Source: Porphyridium purpureum
Taxonomy: Eukaryota
DNA: 64,000 bases
Assembly: GCA_008690995.1 (NCBI GenBank)
Contig: VRMN01000002.1
Span: forward strand, 1,922,001 to 1,986,000
Direction: 5' to 3'
The notes below the pieces were generated by a model. The model did no database searches, was not told where the DNA came from, and saw only the letters and a program-made list of their open reading frames with translations. The position numbers were made by a program, and so were the translations under genes. Shown in pieces: positions 49,705-59,743 of the stretch (the first letter of the stretch is position 1; every line of letters begins with the position of its first letter).

Positions 49705-50448
49705 TTATGCAGATTCTGTGGCGCACTGGTCGACGCTCGCTCGCAATTGGCGAATCACTTCTTCAGGTTTCTCAGACCCAAACACCGCGCTACCAGCCAC
49801 AATGACGTTTGCGCCGGCCTGCGCGGCCATGTCCACTGTGGACGGAGCAAGCCCGCCGTCCACTTGAATGTCGAGATTCGGGAACGCCTGCCGTAGCGCT
49901 TTCACCTTTGCCATTTGCTCGGCCTGGAACTTTTGGCCACCAAAGCCAGGCTCCACGGTCATCACCAGCACAAAATCACAGTCGTTCGACTCGACCAGCG
50001 GTTTCACGCTAGTCCATGGCGTCGCGGGCTTGAGGGCGATGCCAGGCCGCATTCCAAGCGCCTTGACCTTTTGACACAGCTCGCGCGTCTTTGCCTCGCT
50101 CTCAGCGTCGATGATTCCGTCTGGCGCAAACACCTCGAGATGAAATGTGTAACCGTCAGTGCCTGCTTTCGCAAACTCTTCTGCCCAGAACGACGGGTCG
50201 GACAGCATACAATGGCAGTCGAGGTACGCGTTTGTGTGTGCTCGCAGGGACTTGACAATGGGCGGGCCGAGCGTGAGGTTGGGTACGAAGTGTCCGTCCA
50301 TCGCATCGACATGCAGCCAATCGGCGCCACACGATACCATGCGCGCGCACTCCTCTGCCAGGCGCGCAAAGTCCGCCGACAGAATCGAGGGCGCAATCCG
50401 CGTCTGCGGGCGATCCCGGGGCACGGCGCCCTTCCCATACAGCGCCAT
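49705..50448 (-). CDS. RPE: Ribulose-phosphate 3-epimerase (cytosolic type)
   Basis: IAPSILSADF, HVDAMDGHFVPN, MTVEPGFGGQKF, VDGG, VAGS. Confidence 0.96.
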   Translation of the reverse strand: MALYGKGAVPRDRPQTRIAPSILSADFARLAEECARMVSCGADWLHVDAMDGHFVPNLTLGPPIVKSLRAHTNAYLDCHCMLSDPSFWAEEFAKAGTDGYTFHLEVFAPDGIIDAESEAKTRELCQKVKALGMRPGIALKPATPWTSVKPLVESNDCDFVLVMTVEPGFGGQKFQAEQMAKVKALRQAFPNLDIQVDGGLAPSTVDMAAQAGANVIVAGSAVFGSEKPEEVIRQLRASVDQCATESA

Positions 50449-50708
50449 TCCGCCTGCTCCCACACGCTCCACCGACCTCTCAACGTTCTCGTTCCCTTCG
50501 CCTGCCCTCCTCACCCACCGCAATATCGTTCAAAACGGTCGATTTGACGCCGCGTTACTTGTGTACTACCCACATAACGCCGTTTCGCCGTTTATTATTT
50601 TCCCGTTTCGTCCTTGTCGGGCTGGACCGGTTTGTTATGCCAAAACGCCTAGACCCGAAAACTGACGCGCGCGCCGCTTGTGTTTTTTAGAGAAACGACA
50701 ATCAGCGA

Positions 50709-50811
50709 ACTGAACCTCAACCACCATGCACTGGACACTATCCACCGCGCACTGTACCGTAGAACCAGTCACTGAACCTTATGAGCATGCACTATACTCT
50801 ATCCAGCGCGC
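50709..50811 (+). repeat. Degenerate ~42-bp direct repeat (2 copies)
   Basis: ACTGAACCT...CATGCACT...CTATCCA.CGCGC at 50709-50750 and 50771-50811. Confidence 0.75.
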
Positions 50812-51052
50812 CAAATTTTGCGGCGTTTTCACGCGCTGCGGTGCAAGCCGCGCGCGGTGTGGCCAGCTCGTGTCGATTTTGTGATCAAATGACTCGCTTT
50901 TGTACGAACACGCGCGCGCTTGGCTGAAGAAAAGAAAAGGAGAAAGTGGCGTAGTATTTTTTTGGTGACAAGGGGCGGGGTTTGAATCGTTTTGAGTTGG
51001 CTTGGGTTTGGGTTTTTATGTGCTTGGCGCTGCTAGCGGGGAAGGAGGGAGA

Positions 51053-54000
51053 ATGGCGCGGGGCGCGACGCGCACGCGTGGTGCACCTGCGGGGGACGCA
51101 CGAAGCGCGCGAGTCGCCCGCGGAGGGGACGCGCAAATGACCCTGGACGCCGCGTTGTCCACGCGCGTGACGCGAGCGAAGCGCGCCGCCGCGCACAACT
51201 CGGCGCCGCCGCAGGACGGCGCGGAGGAGCAAGAAACCGCCCAGCATGCAAGACCGTGCGCGGTGCATGCGGCGGACAGCCGGGTGGAACAGCCGGTGCG
51301 GGAGGCGAGCGAAGAGGTGCATCATGGCGTGCTGCTGGACTCAAATGCGACAAAACGAAAAGAAAGCCCATCGCCGCCGAGTTCGCCCCCGAAGCGACAG
51401 AAAGGAAAGGCACCGAGACGGAGCGAAGCGGTACCCGAACTTTCAAAAGGTCACGCTCCATTTTCATCCACCCCAGAGGCACATCGCGCGGCAGGTGGCG
51501 CCGGCCCCAGTCAGCGCGACGCGGCCGAGCTGGTGCCTTTGGATTTGACCGAGTCTTGCGATGCAAGTGAAAAGATTCTTCGCTTGCGTGCGGCGCACCA
51601 AGCGCTTTGTCGCGTTTCACAGGGGAGTTCAGACGCATCTGTGCGAAGAGCAGCCAGAGCAGTCGGCTCCGAGGCGCTCATCAAGCACCCTGAAAACGAA
51701 GTACGGCTCCTCACGGCGTGCTGCCTGGCCGAAATTCTGCGCATTTTTGCACCGGACGCGCCGTACAGCAAACGCTCTGAGCACAACATTTTCGAGCTCT
51801 TTGTCCGCCAACTCGCGCATCTCGAAAACACAGCGAGTCCGTTTTTCAAGACGTATTGCGATTTGCTGGCCAAGCTTGCGGCGCTTCGCGTGTTTGTGCT
51901 TGTTATGGATACTGAGGATATCATATGCAGCCTCGTTCGATGCATGTACCAGGCCGCGAGTGCCGACCATTCATACAAAATATTTACAAACATGGGCGAA
52001 TTGCTGAGCTCGTTCATCGTAGAGCTGAGCGGTTCACTCTCCGAGACAGTGCTAGAGGCGCTCTTGGCACCGTTGGCCGAATTCGCAGCTTCGGGAGATC
52101 AGCTGAAGTCACCTGCGCTAAAGCTCGCCTTGCACGTGTTTGAAAAGCACGAGACGCTGCTCGTTGCACCAGTCTCCTCATTTCTCAAGTCTGTGCTCGA
52201 TGGCAGCGCCGTAGACAGTGAGCTTGTTGATGGGCTCGACGCTGTGCTGGCCGGACTCGTCAGTGTTTCCACAGGCTACTTGACAGAGCTGGTTCCAGAG
52301 CTGGAGCGCGATCTGCACGTCCAAGATGTTGATATGCGTACTCAGACCATCAATCGCATCGGTGCCTTGCTTACCATGAAAGAGGCGAACGTTGCTGAAG
52401 CCTGTCCAAGATTGTTTCACTCTTTTCTGAAGCATTTTTTGGATCCGGACCCGGCCATCCGAAGAAAAATGCTTTCGTTCGGTTTGCTGCAGTCGGCCGC
52501 ATCGCTGCCCGCGGCGATGATAGACGAGCTTAAAGCGGCAATCACAAAGCGACTGTATGATGCGGATGCTTCGGTAAGACTGGAAGCCGTTACTGCAGTG
52601 TTCAAGGCCGCCCGCAAGATGGAACATGTTTTGGAAAGCGATGTCGCGACAAGGATTGCTGATCGACGTCCCGAAATACGAGCAGAGACGGTGCGCCAGT
52701 TTATAGAGCTCTTCATACGCTCCAATAAGGATTTATACGCTCCCTTTGCCCGTCTCGACGATGCTCATGACAAGGAGCAAGTGCCGCAAGTGCCGCAAGA
52801 GTCTAACAAGTCCGCGGTAGACGACTTTGCCTCGTACCTTGAAAGCATGGCCTCGAGCACGATGCATGTGAAATTCGCGTGGGTTCCGTCGGCGTTGCTT
52901 TTGCGTGTATCGGTCTTGAGTTCAGATGATCCTGCTGCCGTCGCAAGCATTTCAAATGCGCTTTGTAGCGGCTTTGTAGACACGGGTCGTAGCGTCAGTA
53001 CAAGTCAGCTCGGTGTACCGCAGCGTCTAGGCAATTTCGCGATCATTCTTTCATTGCTCAGCGATGATGCCTTGCAGGTCTTGGAAAAGCTTCTGCGCAG
53101 TCGTGCCAATGCGATAGGTTTGGCGCGCAAGTTTGTCCAAGCTCGGCAGGACATGCGTGGAAAGGCGCAGGACCTTTCCGCAGCGTCAACGACGAATGCG
53201 ACTTCTGCCCTTGGTAAGGCGATCCAGCGACTTGCGCACTGCTTTCCGGAATGCGTCAAGATCAGTACCAGTGGTGCCGGAGGCACCGGTGCTGCGGTGT
53301 CACGGAAAGGCGCCAGTGGTCGGGAATCGCAAAGAGAAAATGCAGCAGCAGAGCAGTATCTTCGTCAGCTTGCATCAGTGAAGGATATGCGAGTCTTTGC
53401 CCGGCTTGGCGAATTTCTAGAAAGCTCTTTGTCTTCGGAAAGGGCTGCGGCTGTTACCAAGGACCTCATCGAGCGTCTTGGCGGGGTCGACACGGATGTC
53501 GGGCGGTTTGTCGGTGAGTGTCTTGTCCCAAAACTTATTCCAGGTTGCTTTACGTGCGATCACGTGGAGCTGGCATTGCGAGCCCTTACTTCCAAGTTGG
53601 AGGGGACAGGGCCCAAGGAGACAAGAAGAAAGCAGGGCCGTGAAGTTTTGCTCCCTGATAGGGCATGGGATACTTTGCCTCGCTTCCTGACGTTGGCAGC
53701 AATACAATTTCCCACTAGTTTTGGTGGCGGCAACGTTTCGGCTTCTTTCGAGCACTTCCTGGACCTCGTCGTCTCACACGGACGCAAGGATAGTGCAGAC
53801 GACGTGCAGGGCCTGCAGCGCCTGCTGATTCAAATTCTCTCAAGCTGTGGAGGTGAGCTGAGCCTGAAACCTTCCTTTAGCACGCGCCTTCGCGACTTTG
53901 CATTGAGTCTCATGCAAAGCAGTGAAGAATGGAGCAAGACGGCGGCACGCGCGCTCGCAAATCTCATAGGCGACGACCAGAAGCTTAATATCTGGACCTC

Positions 54001-55894
54001 GCTGATAGGTGGGCTTGTTGAACGCGCCATGCCAAACCTGTACGATCCGCACGCAGATACAAGCACACCGCCGATCATTGCATTGTGCGAGATTGCCAAG
54101 CAGGCGCCTTTGGCGTTTCGAGAGCACTGCAGCTGGGACCTTTTCTCCAGGTTCATGGAGATTATGCAGAGTGAGCCAGAAGAAGGGTGGAACCCTTGGT
54201 TAGTCGCTCCACCTTCTGTTTCTGCGTCCGAATCGGTCCAGAAGACAAATAAGGACGGCAAGCGCATCGATAATGGTAAGGCGGAAGAAGACCGTGCCTT
54301 TGTGCTCTGGCGACCCAACACGGTGCGAGTCGTCATGAAGTTTCTGGTGAGGTTCGTAACGTGCCACGCGCGGGATCTGTTTGAACGGGAGAAGCTGGAC
54401 AAGTCGCACCCTGATGCCCAAGATATTCGAACGCATGCCTCAAAATTGGTATTTTGTCTGTGCTCTGTTCTGGAGCAGGATGGTGACGTGTGTCGAATAT
54501 TCCCTGGTGCAGAGAATGAGGAGGCGCGGCTGGATGACGATTCTTTGGCCGATATTCGGCTAACAGCAGCGCATTGTGTTTTGCGCGTCATGTACGTGCG
54601 CTCTTTACAAAATGTGATTTCACCACATGGCGCGCTTCGCGTCATGCTTGTCGCTCAGGACGCTAGCGCACGCGTGCGCACGACGTTTGCTCGCAAAGTG
54701 TACCGTGGGATCTTGCGCAAAAATCTACCGACGTACATGATGTGCTCGTTTGTGTTCATGGCTGTCGAACCCGATCGAGATGCGTACGAGCTGGCAAGGG
54801 CGTTTGGTGTCGACGTTGTACGTAAAGTCTCCGAGTCGGTACGTCGTGCATGCGCGCGTAGTAGTGATCAGCAACGTCATTTGGAGCTGGAACCAGAGAA
54901 TGTTCTGAAGTATCTAGTATGGTTCATCGCACATCATCCGGACTTTGAGCAGGAAGAGGAAATGAGCGATTTGGCTCATGCACGCGAGCCGCGCGCCTTT
55001 TTGTCCATGTTTTTTGATATGGTTTTGGATAAGCGTGACCTAGCGGCATACCTGGTGCAGATTCTTCAATCCGTGTTCATGTACCGCGACGCCATGGACA
55101 GGCGTAGTGTTGTACCTCAACAGCAGCAGCACACCGCTGTATTGCACAGCATTGCGGCGCTTGGGCTAGATATTCTGAAGGAAAAATGCAGTGGGCGCAA
55201 ATGGGACCTCACCGAATACAAAGGCCGAGTTGCGTTCCCGCACCCGATGTACAGGGATCGCAATGCAGAGATGGGTACCACGGCGATGGACTCGAGCGCG
55301 ATGAGTCCGCGTGGCACAGGGACCTCACAGCAGCACGCGCAGTGGTATGGAGATGGGAAAAGCACCAAAGATGTTTTTCTGTCCGCGGCGCGGCGTTTGC
55401 ACGGCCAGAATGCAAGTCAACGTCAGCCGAGTCGCGCTCCGCTGGGGACAGTAACCTCTGATCAGGTTTCTGTGCGCCGTCGGCTTGTGGACGAAGGCGG
55501 TAGAACCGTGCTGACTGCCGACAATGCCGCATTCACGGGCACGGAATCGGGTCATGTGCCCGTGAGCAGTAGCGGAGCAGAGCTATTCAAAGAAAAGACA
55601 TCATCCGGCGCTTCGCAAGAACGGGACCGAAAGCGGCGCGAAGTGAGCGCTTGGCCGCCAATAGTACGCACCACCAGTGAGGGCGATATTTTTGATGCTC
55701 TATCGCCTCCGAAGAAGCGCAAGACTGAAGCTTTTGTCGCGACAGACGCTGACAAGGAGAACGGTGATTGTACATCACCAGCGGCGCTCACTGCGACGGC
55801 GACGGTCAGCTCTGCGCGACAGCCTGCGTCTCGCGGGAACACGTCGGCGACAACATCCGGATATGTGAGGCGCTCGCAAAGGCTGAGCAAGTAG
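51053..55894 (+). CDS. PDS5: Sister chromatid cohesion protein PDS5
   Basis: VRLLTACCLAEILRIFAPDAPY, HEAT repeats, QD....VR..F..K, PE.VL.YL...IAHHPDF. Confidence 0.88.
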   Translation: MARGATRTRGAPAGDARSARVARGGDAQMTLDAALSTRVTRAKRAAAHNSAPPQDGAEEQETAQHARPCAVHAADSRVEQPVREASEEVHHGVLLDSNATKRKESPSPPSSPPKRQKGKAPRRSEAVPELSKGHAPFSSTPEAHRAAGGAGPSQRDAAELVPLDLTESCDASEKILRLRAAHQALCRVSQGSSDASVRRAARAVGSEALIKHPENEVRLLTACCLAEILRIFAPDAPYSKRSEHNIFELFVRQLAHLENTASPFFKTYCDLLAKLAALRVFVLVMDTEDIICSLVRCMYQAASADHSYKIFTNMGELLSSFIVELSGSLSETVLEALLAPLAEFAASGDQLKSPALKLALHVFEKHETLLVAPVSSFLKSVLDGSAVDSELVDGLDAVLAGLVSVSTGYLTELVPELERDLHVQDVDMRTQTINRIGALLTMKEANVAEACPRLFHSFLKHFLDPDPAIRRKMLSFGLLQSAASLPAAMIDELKAAITKRLYDADASVRLEAVTAVFKAARKMEHVLESDVATRIADRRPEIRAETVRQFIELFIRSNKDLYAPFARLDDAHDKEQVPQVPQESNKSAVDDFASYLESMASSTMHVKFAWVPSALLLRVSVLSSDDPAAVASISNALCSGFVDTGRSVSTSQLGVPQRLGNFAIILSLLSDDALQVLEKLLRSRANAIGLARKFVQARQDMRGKAQDLSAASTTNATSALGKAIQRLAHCFPECVKISTSGAGGTGAAVSRKGASGRESQRENAAAEQYLRQLASVKDMRVFARLGEFLESSLSSERAAAVTKDLIERLGGVDTDVGRFVGECLVPKLIPGCFTCDHVELALRALTSKLEGTGPKETRRKQGREVLLPDRAWDTLPRFLTLAAIQFPTSFGGGNVSASFEHFLDLVVSHGRKDSADDVQGLQRLLIQILSSCGGELSLKPSFSTRLRDFALSLMQSSEEWSKTAARALANLIGDDQKLNIWTSLIGGLVERAMPNLYDPHADTSTPPIIALCEIAKQAPLAFREHCSWDLFSRFMEIMQSEPEEGWNPWLVAPPSVSASESVQKTNKDGKRIDNGKAEEDRAFVLWRPNTVRVVMKFLVRFVTCHARDLFEREKLDKSHPDAQDIRTHASKLVFCLCSVLEQDGDVCRIFPGAENEEARLDDDSLADIRLTAAHCVLRVMYVRSLQNVISPHGALRVMLVAQDASARVRTTFARKVYRGILRKNLPTYMMCSFVFMAVEPDRDAYELARAFGVDVVRKVSESVRRACARSSDQQRHLELEPENVLKYLVWFIAHHPDFEQEEEMSDLAHAREPRAFLSMFFDMVLDKRDLAAYLVQILQSVFMYRDAMDRRSVVPQQQQHTAVLHSIAALGLDILKEKCSGRKWDLTEYKGRVAFPHPMYRDRNAEMGTTAMDSSAMSPRGTGTSQQHAQWYGDGKSTKDVFLSAARRLHGQNASQRQPSRAPLGTVTSDQVSVRRRLVDEGGRTVLTADNAAFTGTESGHVPVSSSGAELFKEKTSSGASQERDRKRREVSAWPPIVRTTSEGDIFDALSPPKKRKTEAFVATDADKENGDCTSPAALTATATVSSARQPASRGNTSATTSGYVRRSQRLSK

Positions 55895-56200
55895 GCTCGA
55901 ATTGAAGGTAAGCTTTAATGTGAAATAGAGAGAGATGGAGGAAGAGAGAAAGGGTGAGTGAACGTGTATAGCAATGTGTAAGCAGAGGATGCAAAAGGTT
56001 CCCGTTCCGACTTGCAATGGCTCCTCATGTGTGTAACCAGTAAATACAGTGAATCAACTGGACACGTCCACAAAGCGACGCCACGCAACTTCTTCAACGG
56101 CTTTTCACCGCAAACTGGGGCGGAGCAGACAAATGTAAACGACCCGTGCGCATGCAGCGAAAGCAGCAAAGTGTGAAACTTGGCGACGCAAATACGCACC

Positions 56201-57553
56201 TTAGTCCAACGCATCTACGGCTGCTTCAGCTGCGGTGCTTAATTGTTCCGTGACCACCGATGCCACATCCACTCCCTTCCTCTTCAAAATTTCGAGCAGC
56301 GCGACCAGCAGCTCCTGCTGCTCGCTCACAGACAGATCAATCAGAAGAGAAAGGATCTTGGCTACATCGGGCGACATCTCGTGCACAAAGTTGATGGTAT
56401 AGACGTACGTGAACATGGCCATGAGAAACTGGCAGTCCATGCGGTCCGTCATGCCTCCATGCCCTGGGATCAGATTGGCAAAGTCCTTGACTCCGAACGC
56501 GCGCTTGAGCCCGCTCGCAAAGAACCCACCGAATGGAGCAACGATCGACGCAAACAGCGACAGGGCGAGCGCGTGCAGCTGTACGGGCGCCAGGCGGATG
56601 CTAAACTTTGGACCAAACAGGTCAGAAAAGATGCGCAAGACGTTTGGTGGTAGCGCGACGGGCTGAGAAACAAACAAAGACGGCTTATCGCACGTGGCGC
56701 GGCAAAAGAGGCCGCAGTCGGTAAAATCTGGTTTTGGGCAGTACATGAACTCAAACTTGCTCAGCAACCACGCGAAAAAGACCGCGGCGAGTAGCGTGAA
56801 CACTGCGCCTCCGATAAACCCTTCCACCGTCTTTTTGGGGCTCAGTGTGACAAGCGGTGTTTTGCCGATCGCTCGGCCCACAAAGTAGGCGAACGAATCG
56901 TTCACGATGACGAGAATGAAGGGCAAGAGGAACCAGATCATGCCCGACTTGATGTTCAGAATCATAAAGTTGGCCTGCAACACAACAATGAAGATCGTAA
57001 TATGGGTGCGCGCAAACGCACCGAACTGAAACATATAGCTCCCAGTCTCAAGCGACATGACAAATCCCAGGAAGCACATCACGTACATGCAGAAAGCGAG
57101 AAAAGTGTGGTGGCGCATCATGTATGCCGCGACGGGCGTCTCCATGAAAAATGCGTTGCCGTCCGCAAAGTGTGCCATGACGGACTTGCCGTAAATGAAA
57201 AAGATGGCCGTGGCGAAGAATCCCCAGTTGGTCAGCCGGAAGTGCGGGACCTTGCGGCCCGGCTGCTCTTTAGCCGCGGCGTAACTCAGGTCCAGGATCT
57301 CCTTGAAAATGAAGAACTCGCACATCACCACAAAGATACACACCGCCACATGCCCACACCAAATCACGCCCAGCACAAACGCCATCATCACAAACGACAG
57401 ACCTGTCCGCAACACAAAGTCCGACTTCTTCTTGGCCGCGATTTTCGCCTCCTTCTCCGGTGCAATATCGGTTTGCGGCGCCGGCGCCGATGACGCGCTG
57501 CTCACATCGTCTCCTGCGCGACCTTGCACTCCCAACACGGGTTCCTTCGCCAT
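56201..57553 (-). CDS. CDS1: Phosphatidate cytidylyltransferase (CDP-DAG synthase, ER type)
   Basis: NDSFAY, LSPKKTVEGFIGG, APFGGFFASGLKRA..KDF..IPGHGGMTDRMDCQ. Confidence 0.95.
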   Translation of the reverse strand: MAKEPVLGVQGRAGDDVSSASSAPAPQTDIAPEKEAKIAAKKKSDFVLRTGLSFVMMAFVLGVIWCGHVAVCIFVVMCEFFIFKEILDLSYAAAKEQPGRKVPHFRLTNWGFFATAIFFIYGKSVMAHFADGNAFFMETPVAAYMMRHHTFLAFCMYVMCFLGFVMSLETGSYMFQFGAFARTHITIFIVVLQANFMILNIKSGMIWFLLPFILVIVNDSFAYFVGRAIGKTPLVTLSPKKTVEGFIGGAVFTLLAAVFFAWLLSKFEFMYCPKPDFTDCGLFCRATCDKPSLFVSQPVALPPNVLRIFSDLFGPKFSIRLAPVQLHALALSLFASIVAPFGGFFASGLKRAFGVKDFANLIPGHGGMTDRMDCQFLMAMFTYVYTINFVHEMSPDVAKILSLLIDLSVSEQQELLVALLEILKRKGVDVASVVTEQLSTAAEAAVDALD

Positions 57554-57566
57554 CCCTACCGTCTCC

Positions 57567-57569
<3 letters not shown>

Positions 57570-57597
<28 letters not shown>
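57570..57597. repeat. (AC)14 microsatellite
   Basis: Seen directly. Confidence 0.97.
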
Positions 57598-58270
57598 CCG
57601 CCCAACGCTTCTCTCCCTCGTTCTTCCGAGTCCGCTCTGTCCTCTCCTTCAACGCATCGCAAACAATCTGTGCGAAACGAATAAACCGTTAAACCGTTTA
57701 ATGCGGTGAACCGCATTTCATCCTTTCCGAATGACGACTGTGTGGATCTTTCTCCGATGCGTTTGCGGCTTGGACGAGATGCAAAGTTGGACGCGAGCGT
57801 GTGCGCGTGTGGTGAATGGAGGACGCGCGCGTCGCATCATGTCGCTCCGCACGATATAAAACAGCCAATCACAAAACCAGATTTTCGCGCCGAATTGTGA
57901 ACGTCTCTCGTCTTGAAGGTGACACTCATTCCGTACTGACAAGTACTGCAGCGGGCAACCGGATCTGCGGCGAGCTCCATGTGCGGGATACTGCAGGTAC
58001 GATCGCACAGTTTCTCCTCGCTCTTCTCGCCCATGTGACCGACCACCAACCCATTGCAGCCAACACACGGTCGCAGCCCAGCTTCTTATCGGTTTCCGGT
58101 TTCCTCGTCATGGTTTGGCCGTTAGACCGTTAACCGACTTGCGGTTGAGGAGGGTGTACAGTGGCCGGTCTGCATGGCGTGTTCAGTTGAAGTGCTGCGA
58201 CTTGCCGAGGCGCGGCGCCGCAAGGGACGTGGAGATGGGTTGGGGGCCGCGGTCACGTGTTGAAGCAGCC

Positions 58271-59371
58271 ATGAGGCGTCTCCATGTGGGTGTGATTGGC
58301 GTCGGGCGGATGGGCCGCGTGCACCTCCAGACGCTGTGCGATGGGCTGGACATGGACATCAAGCCGCGGGTGTGCGTGAGCTGGATTGTGGACGCAAATG
58401 TCACAGTGGCGAGCGAGCTCGCCGCGCTGTATGCGGTCGAGCATTCGACGCACGATGTGTCCGAAATGATGCTGCATCCACAACACAGGCCCGACGCGGT
58501 CTGGATTTGCACGCCCACGACGCAGAAGATGGAGATCATACGGCTCGCCGCCCGGATGAAAGTTCACGTCTTTTGCGAAAAGCCGCTCGCCATGAGCGTC
58601 GCGGAGTGTAACGAAATCGAACGCCTGGTCGCAGAGTCGGGTATTCAGCTCGTGATGGGCCATCAGCGCAGATTTGACGCTGCATGGCGCGCAGTCCGAG
58701 ATCGGATCGCCAGTGGATCCCTGGGTAAGATCCACTACGCGTCACTGATCTCGAGGGACCCCTCCCCACCGCCGCTGCAGTACCTTCTCACGTCTGGCGG
58801 CATAGCAATAGACATGGTATGCCATGATTTCGACATTTTGCGTTTCCTGCTGGGCACAGAGGTGCGGTCCGTGTACGCATCGGGCTCCATTCAGTCCGAG
58901 CACGCTCATACGCGCGCAGATTTCGAACAGGCCGGCGACGTGGACACCGTGGTACTGATACTGACCATGGAGGGCACCGGCGCAGTCGTTTCCATGCAGG
59001 TTGGCCGGCTGGGCTCATGCTACGACCAGCGCGTCGAAGTGCTCGGCCAACGCGGGGTTGCCCGACTGAACAACATCCCCACCGACCCGGTTGTGGTCGA
59101 AAGCATCCCGAGCGAATCCGGAGCGGTCGAGCCGGTCACCAGCTCTGCTGGAGGCATCCAGCCCTTCATGCAGAGGTACCTGGACGCGTACCGTCTCGAG
59201 ACCCGCACGTTTGTGTCATGCCTGCTTGCCGCGTTCGACGACCCGTTAGCCGCATCATGGCAGAGTCTCCCGTCCGTCAATGACGCGAAGCAGGCACTGC
59301 GACTCGCGCTCGCAGCGCAGAAAAGTATGCAGGACAACCGCCCTGTGCTGCTTACGGAGATTGTCCAGTGA
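58271..59371 (+). CDS. Second, divergent inositol 2-dehydrogenase-like Gfo/Idh/MocA oxidoreductase
   Basis: GVGRMG, CEKP, GHQRRFD, SRDPSPPP, SGGIAIDMVCHDFD, YDQRVEVLG. Start at 58235 or 58271. Confidence 0.85.
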   Translation: MRRLHVGVIGVGRMGRVHLQTLCDGLDMDIKPRVCVSWIVDANVTVASELAALYAVEHSTHDVSEMMLHPQHRPDAVWICTPTTQKMEIIRLAARMKVHVFCEKPLAMSVAECNEIERLVAESGIQLVMGHQRRFDAAWRAVRDRIASGSLGKIHYASLISRDPSPPPLQYLLTSGGIAIDMVCHDFDILRFLLGTEVRSVYASGSIQSEHAHTRADFEQAGDVDTVVLILTMEGTGAVVSMQVGRLGSCYDQRVEVLGQRGVARLNNIPTDPVVVESIPSESGAVEPVTSSAGGIQPFMQRYLDAYRLETRTFVSCLLAAFDDPLAASWQSLPSVNDAKQALRLALAAQKSMQDNRPVLLTEIVQ

Positions 59372-59490
59372 GAAAGTAACGGATGTAACGGTTTTCCTAT
59401 CTAAACACCAGCGGCTTATTACTTGCCGCCGCACAATTGGCAGACGCGCGCGCACTTCAGGCGTTATTGGTTTGTTGAGTGGGTGCGTGA

Positions 59491-59520
59491 GGCACGGTAT
59501 GGCATGGCATGACATGGCAT
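59491..59520 (+). repeat. Six tandem GGCAT-like pentamers upstream of Rh
   Basis: GGCAC GGTAT GGCAT GGCAT GACAT GGCAT. Confidence 0.8.
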
Positions 59521-59743
59521 GGCGAAGCGCTGGACTGGCATCGAAGCCGCCCGATCGTCTCTTTTGCGTGCTTGCTTGCGCCACTAGTCGACGACAAAGG
59601 TAGCTGGGGCGGTGGTGCACTCGAGCCATATATCCCTGACGGCCGCCGGGATCGCCTTCCTGTTTCTCTATTGCCCTCGTGCCTCGGAAAGGTTTTGTGC
59701 CGAGCAGTGCCCAAGGCGGGTGTCCGAAATCGTGCTCATTTCG

